Position numbers and translations under genes: made by a program
Notes under the pieces: generated by a model
What the model was told of the DNA's origin: nothing
The model's input: the letters and a program-made list of their open reading frames with translations, nothing else
Database searches by the model: none
Assembly (NCBI GenBank): GCA_031283665.1
Contig: JAITBJ010000017.1
Coordinates: forward strand, 1-33,521
Length of the DNA: 33,521 nt
Direction of reading: 5' to 3'
Origin: Candidatus Opitulatrix cubana
GTDB lineage: Bacteria > Actinomycetota > Actinomycetes > Actinomycetales > Bifidobacteriaceae
Part shown: positions 15,802 through 24,429 of the stretch, one piece after another
Numbering within the stretch: the first letter of the stretch is position 1
How the letters are laid out: each line of letters opens with the position of its first letter

Positions 15802-17025
15802 CTATCTTTTCGCAAATTTAAAAATTGCATATGCAGACCCTAAAATGCATATAGCAGCTATTGTAGTACATGCTAAAACTAAATTGCTTTCCACAGTAAA
15901 TCCTATTATATATATTCCTAATGCATTGCCTAAACCATTTGAGATCCCAACCAGTGAAAAGTTTAGAGTTTTATTTTTTTGTTCAGGCAGTTTTGTAATC
16001 ACAATATCTGCGAGTATATAAATAGGGGAGAGTGCAAATCCTAAAATTGCCACGTTCGCCCAAAACAAATATATATTATTGCATGTAGCAGGAAGTAATG
16101 CTGAGCCGATAATAAGAATCAAACAGAAAAACTTCCATCCTCGTTTCCCGTTTTTATTTATTCGTGGATATAAGACAGAGGACACTATTCCAAATGCAGA
16201 AATTGTTGAAATTATTATACCGTTTAGTTGAGGCATATTTTCGGATATTGCTATATGACGGGCTAAAATGTCTGCACTTCCATAAAGTGAAAAGACTAAA
16301 ACTAATACAAAAACTAAATTAAACTGTTTCAAAAATGTAAGTTTTTTGCCTGCTATTTTTTTATTTACAGATTTTTTAGTCTTTAGTTTTTTATCTGTTA
16401 GTTCTTTATCAGCTAGTTCCCTATTGCGTGGAGGGCGGGTAGATTTTTGAATAAATAAAGCTGTGCCTCCTATAAGGTTTGATGCTGCTGGAATTAAAAG
16501 TGCTAATTCAGGGGACACATTTGCAATTGTAAAAGTAATAAGAATGGGGCCTATAACATATATTAAATTGTCAATAGTGTTTTCAATAGCGAAAGCTGTG
16601 TGGATTTTTGATTTGCTATTTTCATCTCTTAAAATGTGAGACCATCGTCTGCGAACCATAGAACCGTATGGAACAGAAAAAAAGCATATAACAAATGATG
16701 ACAGAGCCACAAATTGAATTGGAGCTTTATTTGCACAGAAAATAATAGTAGCTATCATACCTGATACTTTTAAATATGTAAATAAAAAACCTATAACAGT
16801 TTGTCCGAATCTGTCAATTAAATATGCTGTGAACGGCAAAACCGTAGATGAAATTATTAACATTGATCCGGAAATAATTCCGGCCATTGCCCATGAACCG
16901 TAAATATGTCGAAGTGTATAAAGTAGTGCTAAAACAGTTGACGAAAAGCTAATTCTTGCAATTGCACCTGCTAAACTAAAGCGCCAAGCTCTTTCAAACT
17001 TCAGAGTTTTAATATATCTTTCCAT
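15802..17025 (-). CDS. MFS transporter, a paralogue of the 26450-27658 gene
   Basis: 407 aa and 12-TM-like, with a Lys-rich central loop. The N-terminal region aligns with the other MFS (F.A.LID(R/K).GQ; A(F/Y)A.E...D...Y..GP). Confidence 0.85.
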   Translation of the reverse strand: MERYIKTLKFERAWRFSLAGAIARISFSSTVLALLYTLRHIYGSWAMAGIISGSMLIISSTVLPFTAYLIDRFGQTVIGFLFTYLKVSGMIATIIFCANKAPIQFVALSSFVICFFSVPYGSMVRRRWSHILRDENSKSKIHTAFAIENTIDNLIYVIGPILITFTIANVSPELALLIPAASNLIGGTALFIQKSTRPPRNRELADKELTDKKLKTKKSVNKKIAGKKLTFLKQFNLVFVLVLVFSLYGSADILARHIAISENMPQLNGIIISTISAFGIVSSVLYPRINKNGKRGWKFFCLILIIGSALLPATCNNIYLFWANVAILGFALSPIYILADIVITKLPEQKNKTLNFSLVGISNGLGNALGIYIIGFTVESNLVLACTTIAAICILGSAYAIFKFAKR

Positions 17026-17031
17026 ATATTT

Positions 17032-17040
17032 AGTGTAGCA
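17032..17040 (-). promoter_or_regulatory. Extended -10 box TGCTACACT (minus strand), 6 nt upstream of the MFS ATG at 17025
   Basis: The minus strand reads TGC-TACACT-AAATAT-ATG. It overlaps the plus-strand -10 box of trmI by 2 nt. Confidence 0.45.
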
Positions 17041-17041
17041 T
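17036..17041 (+). promoter_or_regulatory. -10 box TAGCAT, 6 nt upstream of the trmI ATG at 17048
   Basis: The sequence reads TAGCAT-gtaaat-ATG. The whole intergenic region is only 22 bp. Confidence 0.4.
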
Positions 17042-17047
17042 GTAAAT

Positions 17048-18004
17048 ATGGCTAGAAACCAGAGCGTATTTACTGTTGGAGACAGAGTGCAGCTGAAAAA
17101 TGCGAAAGGAAAACCGTTTACTTTTGTACTTGAAAAAGGTGGCGTTTCTCATTCACATAAAGGTGTGATGCAGCATGATAATATAATAGGAAAACCTTAT
17201 GCATCATTAGTGGAAAATGAAAAAGGCGAACAATATATTGCAATGCGTCCTAAATATGCAGACACTGCTCTTGCCCTGAAGCGAGGTGCTGCTATTATCT
17301 ATCCAAAAGATGCTGCTCAAATCTGTTTAGAAGCTGACATTAAAGCAGGGGATAGAGTTTTAGAATGCGGATTAGGTTCAGGTTCGCTAGCATCTTATAT
17401 TTTGCAAATTTTAGGTGAAACAGGCGAATTAATCTCATTTGAAAAAGAAGAAAAATTTGCAAAAATAGCAGTCGAGAATGTGGGTGAGAGGAAAAACTGG
17501 AAAGTGATAGTTGACCCACTTCCTAAAGAAAAAGACTCTTCAGCAGACAGTGGCCCTTTTTCAGAGGGTGGCTCTTCTTTAGAGGATGGCTCTTCTTTAG
17601 ATGATGGTTCTTTTTTAGAGGGTGGCTCTTCTTTAGGAGGCGAATTTTTTCTGAAATATAAAAATTATTTTTCATCTGCTGTTTTTGATATGCTTGATCC
17701 TTGGAATTATTTATCAACTGCTTATTTTGCTCTGCAGCCTGGAGGGATATTAGTGTGTTATATCACTACTGTGACTCAGCTTTCTCGCCTCACAGAAAAA
17801 ATTCGTGAAGCAAATTGCTGGTCTGATCCTGATAGTTTTGAAATAATTAGAAGACCTTGGCATATAGAAGGTCTTGCAGTTCGCCCAGTTCATTCAATGA
17901 TAGGTCATACAGGTTTTATACTCTGCACAAGAGCATTGGCGCAAGGCTCTCACCCGTTGAAGAAAAAGAATAAAAAACAAATTGCTGATGTTGATGAAAA
18001 ATAG
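17048..18004 (+). CDS. trmI: tRNA (adenine(58)-N1)-methyltransferase TrmI (Rv2118c/GCD14 family) carrying an internal repeat insertion
   Basis: An N-terminal beta domain (F..GDRVQL......F.F.L..G) is present, with SAM motif I VLECGLGSGSLASYIL and AVFDMLDPWNYL......LQPGGILVCYITTVTQLSRL. This closely parallels mycobacterial TrmI. Confidence 0.88.
   Translation: MARNQSVFTVGDRVQLKNAKGKPFTFVLEKGGVSHSHKGVMQHDNIIGKPYASLVENEKGEQYIAMRPKYADTALALKRGAAIIYPKDAAQICLEADIKAGDRVLECGLGSGSLASYILQILGETGELISFEKEEKFAKIAVENVGERKNWKVIVDPLPKEKDSSADSGPFSEGGSSLEDGSSLDDGSFLEGGSSLGGEFFLKYKNYFSSAVFDMLDPWNYLSTAYFALQPGGILVCYITTVTQLSRLTEKIREANCWSDPDSFEIIRRPWHIEGLAVRPVHSMIGHTGFILCTRALAQGSHPLKKKNKKQIADVDEK
17546..17653 (+). 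repeat. In-frame 18-bp tandem repeat: four clean copies at 17564-17635 plus one degenerate flanking copy on each side. Each unit encodes (E/D)(G/D)GS(S/F)L.
   Basis: The units read gagggtggctcttcttta / gaggatggctcttcttta / gatgatggttctttttta / gagggtggctcttcttta. Copies 1 and 4 are identical. The flanks gacagtggccctttttca and ggaggcgaattttttctg are diverged copies. Confidence 0.9.
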
Positions 18005-18872
18005 TTTAGCAGATTTTGTACCATCTTTTATACCATCTCCACCAATCAACTCATTTCAAATTGGACCGCTTACAATTCGTATTTATGCTCTTTGCATTTT
18101 GGCAGGGGTTTGTCTTGCAGCGTTCTTGCTTTTGAGACTAGTGAAGCGATTCAGTCCCGCTCTTTTAGACTTTGAAACTCTTTTGGAGATGCTTTGTTGG
18201 GTTTTGCCTATTTCAATAATCGGTGCACGACTTTTCCACTGTATCACAGTTCCAGATACATATTTTTCATCACCTGCAGCTCTTATAAATATATTAAAAA
18301 TCTGGGAGGGCGGTTTAGGCATTATGGGAGGTGTGGCATTTGGCGTTATCACCGCTTTTGTATTTTGCCGAAAAAAAGATATAGAGTTTGTGAGTTTATT
18401 GGATTTGGTGAGCGCCTGTTTATTAGTTGCGCAAGCTGTGGGACGGTTTGGAAATTATTTCAATAGAGAGCTTTATGGATTTCCAACTACTCTGCCTTGG
18501 GGTTTGCAAGTAGACTCATCAGGAGTAGCTTATCATCCCACATTTTTATATGAAGCACTTTGGAATCTGCTAGGTGCATTTTTAATTTATAAACTCATAA
18601 AGAGTTATTACTCTTCTTCAAAATCGACACTGATTCCAGGAAGCATTTTTAATATATATATTATCTGGTACACTTTTGGACGCATATTTATAGAACTAGT
18701 TAGAATTGACTACTCTTATCAGTTTTTCTCATTTTGGAGAGTAAACTCATTTATAGCGTTTGTGATATGTATAATAGCAGCAGCTGTTTTCATAATAAGA
18801 ATGATGCTAAGGAAAAACTCCCGCACCGTAAGAAGATTTTTAAGATATAAAAAATCTAAAACAGTATATTAA
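17982..18872 (+). CDS. lgt: Prolipoprotein diacylglyceryl transferase
   Basis: Supporting motifs are IPSPP...F.IGPL.IR.YALCI..G, GARL.H, W.GGL.I.GG, GR.GNYFN.ELYG.PT.LPWGL and HPTFLYE. The likelier starts are ATG 17988 or 17994, so the gene overlaps the trmI 3' end. Confidence 0.92.
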   Translation: MLMLMKNSLADFVPSFIPSPPINSFQIGPLTIRIYALCILAGVCLAAFLLLRLVKRFSPALLDFETLLEMLCWVLPISIIGARLFHCITVPDTYFSSPAALINILKIWEGGLGIMGGVAFGVITAFVFCRKKDIEFVSLLDLVSACLLVAQAVGRFGNYFNRELYGFPTTLPWGLQVDSSGVAYHPTFLYEALWNLLGAFLIYKLIKSYYSSSKSTLIPGSIFNIYIIWYTFGRIFIELVRIDYSYQFFSFWRVNSFIAFVICIIAAAVFIIRMMLRKNSRTVRRFLRYKKSKTVY

Positions 18873-20274
18873 GTAATTGGGTAAAAGCTACTTGGAGAAA
18901 GTATATTAGGAAAACTCCTGATACAATCCATAATAACGGATGAATATCTTTTGCTTTTTTCTGTGCTATTTTTAGAATCACATAAGAGATAAATCCGATT
19001 CCAATTCCATTTGTAATAGAATATGTAAAAGGTATTGAAACCATTATCAAAAATGCGGGTATTGCTGTATCTAGCGCCGTCCAATTGAGTTTACTCATTT
19101 CTTTTAGCATCAAAAATCCTACAAAAATTAATGCAGGTGCTACAGCTTCCATAGGCACAGATGTGATAAGCGGTGTTAAAAATGTTGTTAGCAAAAAGCA
19201 TAATCCTGTAATAATAGATGCTAAACCAGTTTTTGCACCCTCTGCAATTCCTGTGGACGATTCCACAAATATGGTGTTTGGCGCTATCGAACAAAGTCCA
19301 CCTGATATACTCCCTAAAGAGTCTACTATGAAAATCTCTTTTGCTGCTATAGGGTTTCCATCTTTATCTACTAAATTAGCTTCTTTAGAAATTGCATACA
19401 TAGTCCCCATTCCATCGAAAAATGCTGTAAGCAAAATTGAAAATATAAGCATTACCACTGTTATAGGACTCAAAACTGTCCAAGCATGAAAAATGTCAAA
19501 CTGCCCAAAAAGTGAAAAGTCTGGTATAGAGACAATGCTTTGAGGAATAGTGGGCACACTTAATGCCCATCCTATACCGTTTTGACTAGTAGCAGAAAGA
19601 CCCATATGTGTAAAGGCTTGTAGGGCAAATGCTAAAAGCGTGCAAACAATTATTGAGATTAAAACGTTGCCTTTTACTTTTTTTGCAAAGAGAATAAATG
19701 TTAATAAGATTCCAATTCCAAAAATTATTAGCGGCAAACCTTGCAATTCGCCTTTACTTCCAAGTGTTAAAGGTGTGCCGTCTCCTTGACTTACAAAATG
19801 TGAATCTGCCATAGCTATTAGCACAATAAAAAGTCCTATACCTGCTGCTACAGAGGTTCTAAGCTCCTGGGGAACAGCTGCAAAAATAGCGCGTCTAAAT
19901 CCGGAAAGCACTAATATAAGCATTATCACACCCTCTATAACCACCAAGCCCATAATGTCAGGCCATGTAGCATTAGGAAGAGTGGTAGCAGTCACTGCTA
20001 TTAAAGCGTTTATACCAAGTCCAGTAGCCAATCCCATAGGAGCATTTGCCACTAATCCCATCAAAATAGTTAACACTCCTGCCACTAAAGCAGTCATAGC
20101 TGCAACTCTATTTTCGCCAAGTATAGCTCCGGTAGAATCTTTTCCGCTCACAATTAGGGGATTGAGGACCACTATATAGCTCATAGCAAAAAAGGTTACT
20201 AAACCACCTCTTACTTCTGTAGCTAGATTTGTTCCTCGTTCTTTTAGTTTAAATACTTTATTTATCATTTCCAT
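18856..20274 (-). CDS. NCS2-family purine (adenine/guanine/hypoxanthine) permease, AzgA/PbuG-like
   Basis: 472 aa. F.L.ERGT...TE.RGG..TF.AM.YI...NP is the typical N-terminus of this family, and the protein is polytopic. Its 3' end overlaps lgt by 17 nt. Confidence 0.88.
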   Translation of the reverse strand: MEMINKVFKLKERGTNLATEVRGGLVTFFAMSYIVVLNPLIVSGKDSTGAILGENRVAAMTALVAGVLTILMGLVANAPMGLATGLGINALIAVTATTLPNATWPDIMGLVVIEGVIMLILVLSGFRRAIFAAVPQELRTSVAAGIGLFIVLIAMADSHFVSQGDGTPLTLGSKGELQGLPLIIFGIGILLTFILFAKKVKGNVLISIIVCTLLAFALQAFTHMGLSATSQNGIGWALSVPTIPQSIVSIPDFSLFGQFDIFHAWTVLSPITVVMLIFSILLTAFFDGMGTMYAISKEANLVDKDGNPIAAKEIFIVDSLGSISGGLCSIAPNTIFVESSTGIAEGAKTGLASIITGLCFLLTTFLTPLITSVPMEAVAPALIFVGFLMLKEMSKLNWTALDTAIPAFLIMVSIPFTYSITNGIGIGFISYVILKIAQKKAKDIHPLLWIVSGVFLIYFLQVAFTQLLNILF

Positions 20275-20280
20275 ATAAAC

Positions 20281-20286
20281 AGTTTA
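20281..20286 (-). promoter_or_regulatory. -10 box TAAACT (minus strand), 6 nt upstream of the permease ATG. It carries the same 16-nt word as the PPIase promoter.
   Basis: The minus strand reads TAAACT-GTTTAT-ATG(20274). Plus-strand catataaacagtttat is identical to 12476-12491. Confidence 0.5.
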
Positions 20287-20354
20287 TAAAAAGAACAATA
20301 TATTTTTGGAAAATATCACCGTGTCTAAACTGCTTTAGCTTGTTATTTCTTCTG

Positions 20355-20428
20355 TCGGGATGACAGGATTTGAACCTGCGACCCTCTGTTCCCAAAACAG
20401 ATGCGCTACCAACCTGCGCTACATCCCG
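20355..20428 (-). tRNA. tRNA-Pro (anticodon UGG)
   Basis: The minus strand reads CGGGATG-TA-GCGC-AGGTTGGTA-GCGC-A-TCTGT-TTTGGGA-ACAGA-GGGTC-GCAGG-TTCAAAT-CCTGT-CATCCCG-A. This folds as a full cloverleaf with a 7-nt anticodon loop containing TGG. The 3' CCA is not encoded. Confidence 0.93.
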
Positions 20429-20464
20429 AATTATAGTTTTTCACAGCAAAACTGTGTTAATAAT

Positions 20465-20473
20465 ATACTATCA
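20465..20473 (-). promoter_or_regulatory. Candidate extended -10 box TGATAGTAT (minus strand) for tRNA-Pro
   Basis: It lies about 37 nt upstream of the mature tRNA 5' end. The leader would include the small hairpin CACAG-N5-CTGTG. Confidence 0.3.
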
Positions 20474-20547
20474 TAAAATGGAAAAATCGCAACAATTAGT
20501 AAGAGGACTAATTTCGCACCTAGCGTAATTTAAAATAGATAACTATC

Positions 20548-20576
20548 TTGCGATTATTAGTGTTTGCTGATAGACT
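20548..20576 (+). promoter_or_regulatory. tig promoter: -35 TTGCGA, 17-nt spacer, extended -10 TGATAGACT, then 6 nt to the ATG (leaderless-type)
   Basis: TTGCGA (20548-20553) is followed by a 17-nt spacer ending in TGA, then TAGACT (20571-20576), aaatat and ATG(20583). No Shine-Dalgarno sequence is present. Confidence 0.55.
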
Positions 20577-20582
20577 AAATAT

Positions 20583-21887
20583 ATGAAAACACAGTTAAAA
20601 AATAACTCTGAAACTAATAAAACACTTATAGTCACACTTGATAAAAATGATATGAAATCTGAAATAGATGCAAAATATGAAGAGCTTTCAAAAACTGCAA
20701 AAATACCAGGATTTCGTAAAGGTCATATACCAAAACCTATAATAGATAAGCAATTTGGTCCTGGATACACCTTTTCTCTTGCATTAGAAAAAATAGTATC
20801 AAATGCTTATTATAATGCGCTAGATGAAAAAAGCATAAAACCTTTAACAGAGCCTAAAATTGACATAACTCATTATCCAGATCCTGCAAAATCAGGTGTT
20901 GATAATTTAGAGTTTACTGCTACTATGGAGGTTAGACCTGAAATAGATATACCAAATTTGAAAGATTTTGAGGTCACTGTTGACAAGGTTAGCGTGACAG
21001 CAGATGATATTATGAAAAAATTAGAGCAGATGAGTTTAAACTATGCGACGCTTAAAGCTGTTGATAGAGCCGCAAAAAGAGGGGACTATATATCTATTAA
21101 TCTGAAGGCAAGCGCTGATGGAAAAGTAGTAGATTCTTCTTCTGGGATTTCATATCAGATTGGTACAGATAATATGATTCCAGGTTTAGATGAGCAAACT
21201 ATTGGTATGAAAGCAGGCGAGAAGAAAACATTTAAAACTGTAATGGACAAAGGTGATGCTGCTGGAAAGCAGGCTAATGTAGATATAGAGGTTTTAGGCG
21301 TAAAAGAGCAAGAACTTCCAAAACTAGATGATAGCTTCGCTAAATTAGTTTCAGATTTTGATACTTTATCAGATTTGAAAAAGGATGTGAAAAAAGAAGT
21401 AATTGAAGATAAAAAATCTTTGCAAGTAAATGAGATTTCAAATAAGTTTATTAAAAAATTAGCATCTGATATAAGTGTTGAAGTTCCAAAAGTTGTGATA
21501 GATGACACAGCTAAAGCTCATATAGAAGATATGAAAAAGCGCGGTCAGAAATTGCAAAAGCCTGATGAGAAGAAAGTTTTTGATAATGTGAAAGAGAATC
21601 TGAAAATATCATTTATTTTAGATTCACTTGGCGAAAAGCTAGATGTGAAAATATCAAAAGAAGAGTTTACTAATTATGTGGTAAATCTTTCTATGAGGTA
21701 TAATATGCCTCCGGAAAATTTTATGAAAGTTATGGAGCAAAGCGGTCAAATGCCTGGAGTTTTGAGAGAATTAGGGCAGAGCAAATCTGTAAATGAGGCA
21801 TTAAAACTAATTAAGGTAAAAGACACTGATGGTCAAAAAGTAGATATTAGTAGTTTTTTAATTAAAAATCAAGGAGATGAAAAATAA
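20583..21887 (+). CDS. tig: Trigger factor
   Basis: 434 aa. The ribosome-binding signature IPGFRKGHIP is present, with a central FKBP-like segment (GDYISINL....DGK) and synteny with clpP1-clpP2-clpX. Confidence 0.93.
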   Translation: MKTQLKNNSETNKTLIVTLDKNDMKSEIDAKYEELSKTAKIPGFRKGHIPKPIIDKQFGPGYTFSLALEKIVSNAYYNALDEKSIKPLTEPKIDITHYPDPAKSGVDNLEFTATMEVRPEIDIPNLKDFEVTVDKVSVTADDIMKKLEQMSLNYATLKAVDRAAKRGDYISINLKASADGKVVDSSSGISYQIGTDNMIPGLDEQTIGMKAGEKKTFKTVMDKGDAAGKQANVDIEVLGVKEQELPKLDDSFAKLVSDFDTLSDLKKDVKKEVIEDKKSLQVNEISNKFIKKLASDISVEVPKVVIDDTAKAHIEDMKKRGQKLQKPDEKKVFDNVKENLKISFILDSLGEKLDVKISKEEFTNYVVNLSMRYNMPPENFMKVMEQSGQMPGVLRELGQSKSVNEALKLIKVKDTDGQKVDISSFLIKNQGDEK

Positions 21888-22486
21888 TGACTAATGAAAG
21901 CGAAAAAGAGAAAGATCAAAAACTTTCTTTAGAGGAAAGTATTTATAAAAAGCTTTTAGAGAAAAGAATAGTTTGGTTGGGAACTCAAGTAGATGAAGAC
22001 AGTGCTAATTTAATTTGTGCTGAGCTTATGCTGCTTGCAAATCAAGATAGTAAAAAAGATGTATGGCTTTTTATAAATTCACCTGGAGGCTCTATCACAG
22101 CAGGTATGGCTATTTATGATACTATGCAGCTTATAGAACCAGATGTTTGCACAATCACAATGGGTCTTGCTGCTTCTATGGGGCAATTTCTGCTCTCATC
22201 AGGAGCTAAGGGAAAGCGGTTTGCTACTAAATACTCTAGAATTATGATGCACGAGCCTGCAGGAGGAATTGGCGGCTCTGCTACAGATATGAGAATTGAA
22301 GCAGAGTTGATTTTGCATATGAGACACGTTTTATCAGAATTGACTGCTAAGCAAACGGGCAAAACTCTTGATCAGATTTTATCTGATAATGAGCTCGATA
22401 ATTGGTTTACCGCTGATGAGGCTAAAAAATATGGTTTTGTAGATCATGTGATAGAAGATGTGAAAGACTTCAAAATAGGAGAATAA
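21887..22486 (+). CDS. clpP1: ATP-dependent Clp protease proteolytic subunit ClpP1
   Basis: Supporting motifs are INSPGGS..AG.AIYDTMQ, the catalytic Ser in GLAASMGQFLL, and His in MHEP. The start overlaps the tig stop codon (TAATG). Confidence 0.93.
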   Translation: MTNESEKEKDQKLSLEESIYKKLLEKRIVWLGTQVDEDSANLICAELMLLANQDSKKDVWLFINSPGGSITAGMAIYDTMQLIEPDVCTITMGLAASMGQFLLSSGAKGKRFATKYSRIMMHEPAGGIGGSATDMRIEAELILHMRHVLSELTAKQTGKTLDQILSDNELDNWFTADEAKKYGFVDHVIEDVKDFKIGE

Positions 22487-22488
22487 TT

Positions 22489-23148
22489 ATGAGTGATGAA
22501 TCAAAGTTTATAAGTAGAGCAAATCGTCTTGCACCGCAAGCGCGTTATATACTGCCGCAGTTTGAAGAGAAAACTCCTTATGGTACAAAATATCTTGATC
22601 CGTATGCAAAGCTTTTTGAGGATAGAATTGTGTTTATGGGAGTGCAAGTAGATGATGCTTCTGCAGATGATATTATGGCACAATTTTTAGTGTTAGAATC
22701 ATTAGATCCTGAAAGAGATATAACCTTATACATTAATTCTCCAGGTGGTTCGTTTACTGCTATGACAGCACTTTATGACACTATGCAATATATTCGTCCA
22801 CAAATCCAGACTGTTTGCCTAGGTCAAGCGGCATCAGCTGCTGCTGTTTTGCTAGCATCAGGTGAAAAAGGTAAACGCCTTGCATTGCCAAACGCTAGAG
22901 TTTTAATTCATCAGCCTGTTTTCGGTGGCAGTCAATATGCAAAAGCCACTGATATAGAGATTCATTCAAAAGAACTTTTGAGAATGCGCTCTTGGCTTGA
23001 AGAAACTCTTGCAAAACACTCAAATCAAAAATTAGAAGATATTCAAAAAGATATTGAGCGTGATAAGATTTTAGATGCTAAATCTGCAAAAGAGTATGGT
23101 TTGATTGACGAAGTTTTAGGATATAGAAAAAAAGAAGATAATGGCTAA
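22489..23148 (+). CDS. clpP2: ATP-dependent Clp protease proteolytic subunit ClpP2
   Basis: The N-terminus QARYILPQFEE...PY.KLFEDRIVFMGVQVDDASADDIMAQFLVLESLDP closely resembles mycobacterial ClpP2. Ser lies in GQAASAAAVLL and His in IHQP. AGGAG lies upstream of the ATG. Confidence 0.93.
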   Translation: MSDESKFISRANRLAPQARYILPQFEEKTPYGTKYLDPYAKLFEDRIVFMGVQVDDASADDIMAQFLVLESLDPERDITLYINSPGGSFTAMTALYDTMQYIRPQIQTVCLGQAASAAAVLLASGEKGKRLALPNARVLIHQPVFGGSQYAKATDIEIHSKELLRMRSWLEETLAKHSNQKLEDIQKDIERDKILDAKSAKEYGLIDEVLGYRKKEDNG

Positions 23149-24421
23149 CAGTTTTGAAATTGAGCTGTCATGCTCTTTTTGTGGTAGAGTTCAGTCTCTT
23201 GTAGATCAGCTAATTGAAGGTCCGGGCGTTTATATATGTAATGAATGTTTGCGAGTGGCTCAAGGAATGTTAGATGCTAATAAACCGCAAAAACCTGAAT
23301 CTAGTAAAAAAGTAATAGATGTAAATAATCTTCCTACACCAAAAGAGATATTCAATCATTTATCAGAATATGTGATAGGGCAGGACAATGCAAAGCAGGC
23401 GCTGAGTGTTGCAGTTTATAATCATTATAAAAGAATACTTGCGATAGAAAACGGCATTACGAAAGATGAAACTGAAATTAATAAATCAAATGTTTTGATA
23501 ATTGGAAATACAGGCACTGGTAAAACTTATTTAGCACAAACATTAGCTAGAATTATGAAAGTTCCGTTTGCAATAGTAGATGCAACCACTTTAACTCAAG
23601 CAGGTTATGTAGGCGAAGATGTAGAAAACATTTTAGTTCGTCTTGTTCAAAGCGCTGATGGTGATGTGCAGAAAGCTGAAAAGGGAATAATATATATAGA
23701 TGAAATAGATAAAATATCACGCAAGGGCGATAATCCTACAATCACACGAGATGTCTCCGGTGAGGGTGTGCAGCAGTCTTTACTAAAAATTATTGAGGGA
23801 ACTACAGCAAATATACCTGAAAAAAATACTGTAGACCGTAGAAAGCATCCTGGTCAAGATCTTGTGCAAATAGACACAAAAGATATACTTTTTATAGTGG
23901 GAGGAGCTTTTGATGGGTTGGAAGCAATTTTGAAAGCGCGTGATACATCAGCTAAAATTGGGTTTGGAGCAAAACTGAAAAATAGCGAAATTGAGCATAA
24001 TATATTTGATAATGTTAGACCATTAGATTTGCAACGGTTTGGATTAATTCCTGAACTAATTGGTCGCCTTCCTGTAATCACATCTGTAGATAATTTATCA
24101 GAAGAAACAATGTTAAGGATTTTGACAGAACCAAAAAATTCTTTAGTGAAGCAGTTTAAAAAGCTTTTTGCATTAGATGATGTGAAGCTGAAATTTGAAA
24201 AAGACGCTTTGAGAGAAATTGTAAAACAGTCTACTCAGTTTAAAACTGGTGCTAGAGGTTTGAGGTCTATTATGGAAAAAACTCTTGAACCGATTATGTT
24301 TGAAATACCATCAAACCCTAATATAGCAGAAGTGGTAATTACTAAAAAAGCTGTTCAAGGATTAGATGCTCCAAAAATAGTTAATGTGGATTTTGCAGAG
24401 CTAACTCGTAAAAGAGCTTAA
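23141..24421 (+). CDS. clpX: ATP-dependent Clp protease ATP-binding subunit ClpX
   Basis: The N-terminal zinc finger CSFCGR...CNEC, Walker A GNTGTGKT, Walker [10 protein letters not shown], the pore-loop GYVGEDVE and the sensor GARGLR are all present. Confidence 0.97.
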   Translation: MANSFEIELSCSFCGRVQSLVDQLIEGPGVYICNECLRVAQGMLDANKPQKPESSKKVIDVNNLPTPKEIFNHLSEYVIGQDNAKQALSVAVYNHYKRILAIENGITKDETEINKSNVLIIGNTGTGKTYLAQTLARIMKVPFAIVDATTLTQAGYVGEDVENILVRLVQSADGDVQKAEKGIIYIDEIDKISRKGDNPTITRDVSGEGVQQSLLKIIEGTTANIPEKNTVDRRKHPGQDLVQIDTKDILFIVGGAFDGLEAILKARDTSAKIGFGAKLKNSEIEHNIFDNVRPLDLQRFGLIPELIGRLPVITSVDNLSEETMLRILTEPKNSLVKQFKKLFALDDVKLKFEKDALREIVKQSTQFKTGARGLRSIMEKTLEPIMFEIPSNPNIAEVVITKKAVQGLDAPKIVNVDFAELTRKRA

Positions 24422-24429
24422 TAAAAATA

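Noticed and set aside
17564-17635. Direct repeats that could be mistaken for a small CRISPR-like array.
   Set aside because: The units are 18 bp, directly abutting with no spacers, in frame within a conserved CDS, and there are no cas genes. This is a coding minisatellite.
17523-17717. A minus-strand 64-aa ORF with a striking KKSHPLKK repeat.
   Set aside because: It is the reverse-complement reading of the 18-bp tandem repeat inside trmI. It has no independent start context or motif, and the trmI frame is strongly supported by conserved motifs on both sides.
20430-20435. A perfect TATAAT (minus strand) next to tRNA-Pro, considered as its promoter.
   Set aside because: It ends only 1 nt before the mature tRNA 5' end, so a TSS about 7 nt downstream would fall inside the tRNA. 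The TGATAGTAT at 20473-20465 is a more plausible candidate, though still unproven.
20478-20528. A 16-codon micro-ORF (MEKSQQLVRGLISHLA) between tRNA-Pro and tig, considered as a leader peptide or small protein.
   Set aside because: It has no Shine-Dalgarno sequence, no conserved motif and no attenuator-like structure downstream. In addition, tig appears to have its own leaderless promoter downstream of it. It cannot be supported from sequence alone.
20287-20582. The tRNA-Pro locus, considered as a possible integration hotspot for a genomic island.
   Set aside because: There is no integrase, no duplicated tRNA 3' fragment that I could spot, and the flanking genes (purine permease, tig-clp operon) are core housekeeping genes.
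21887-23148. Tandem clpP genes, considered as a possible unusual duplication.
   Set aside because: The clpP1-clpP2 pair downstream of tig is the standard actinobacterial arrangement. Both copies keep Ser and His catalytic residues in the expected motifs.
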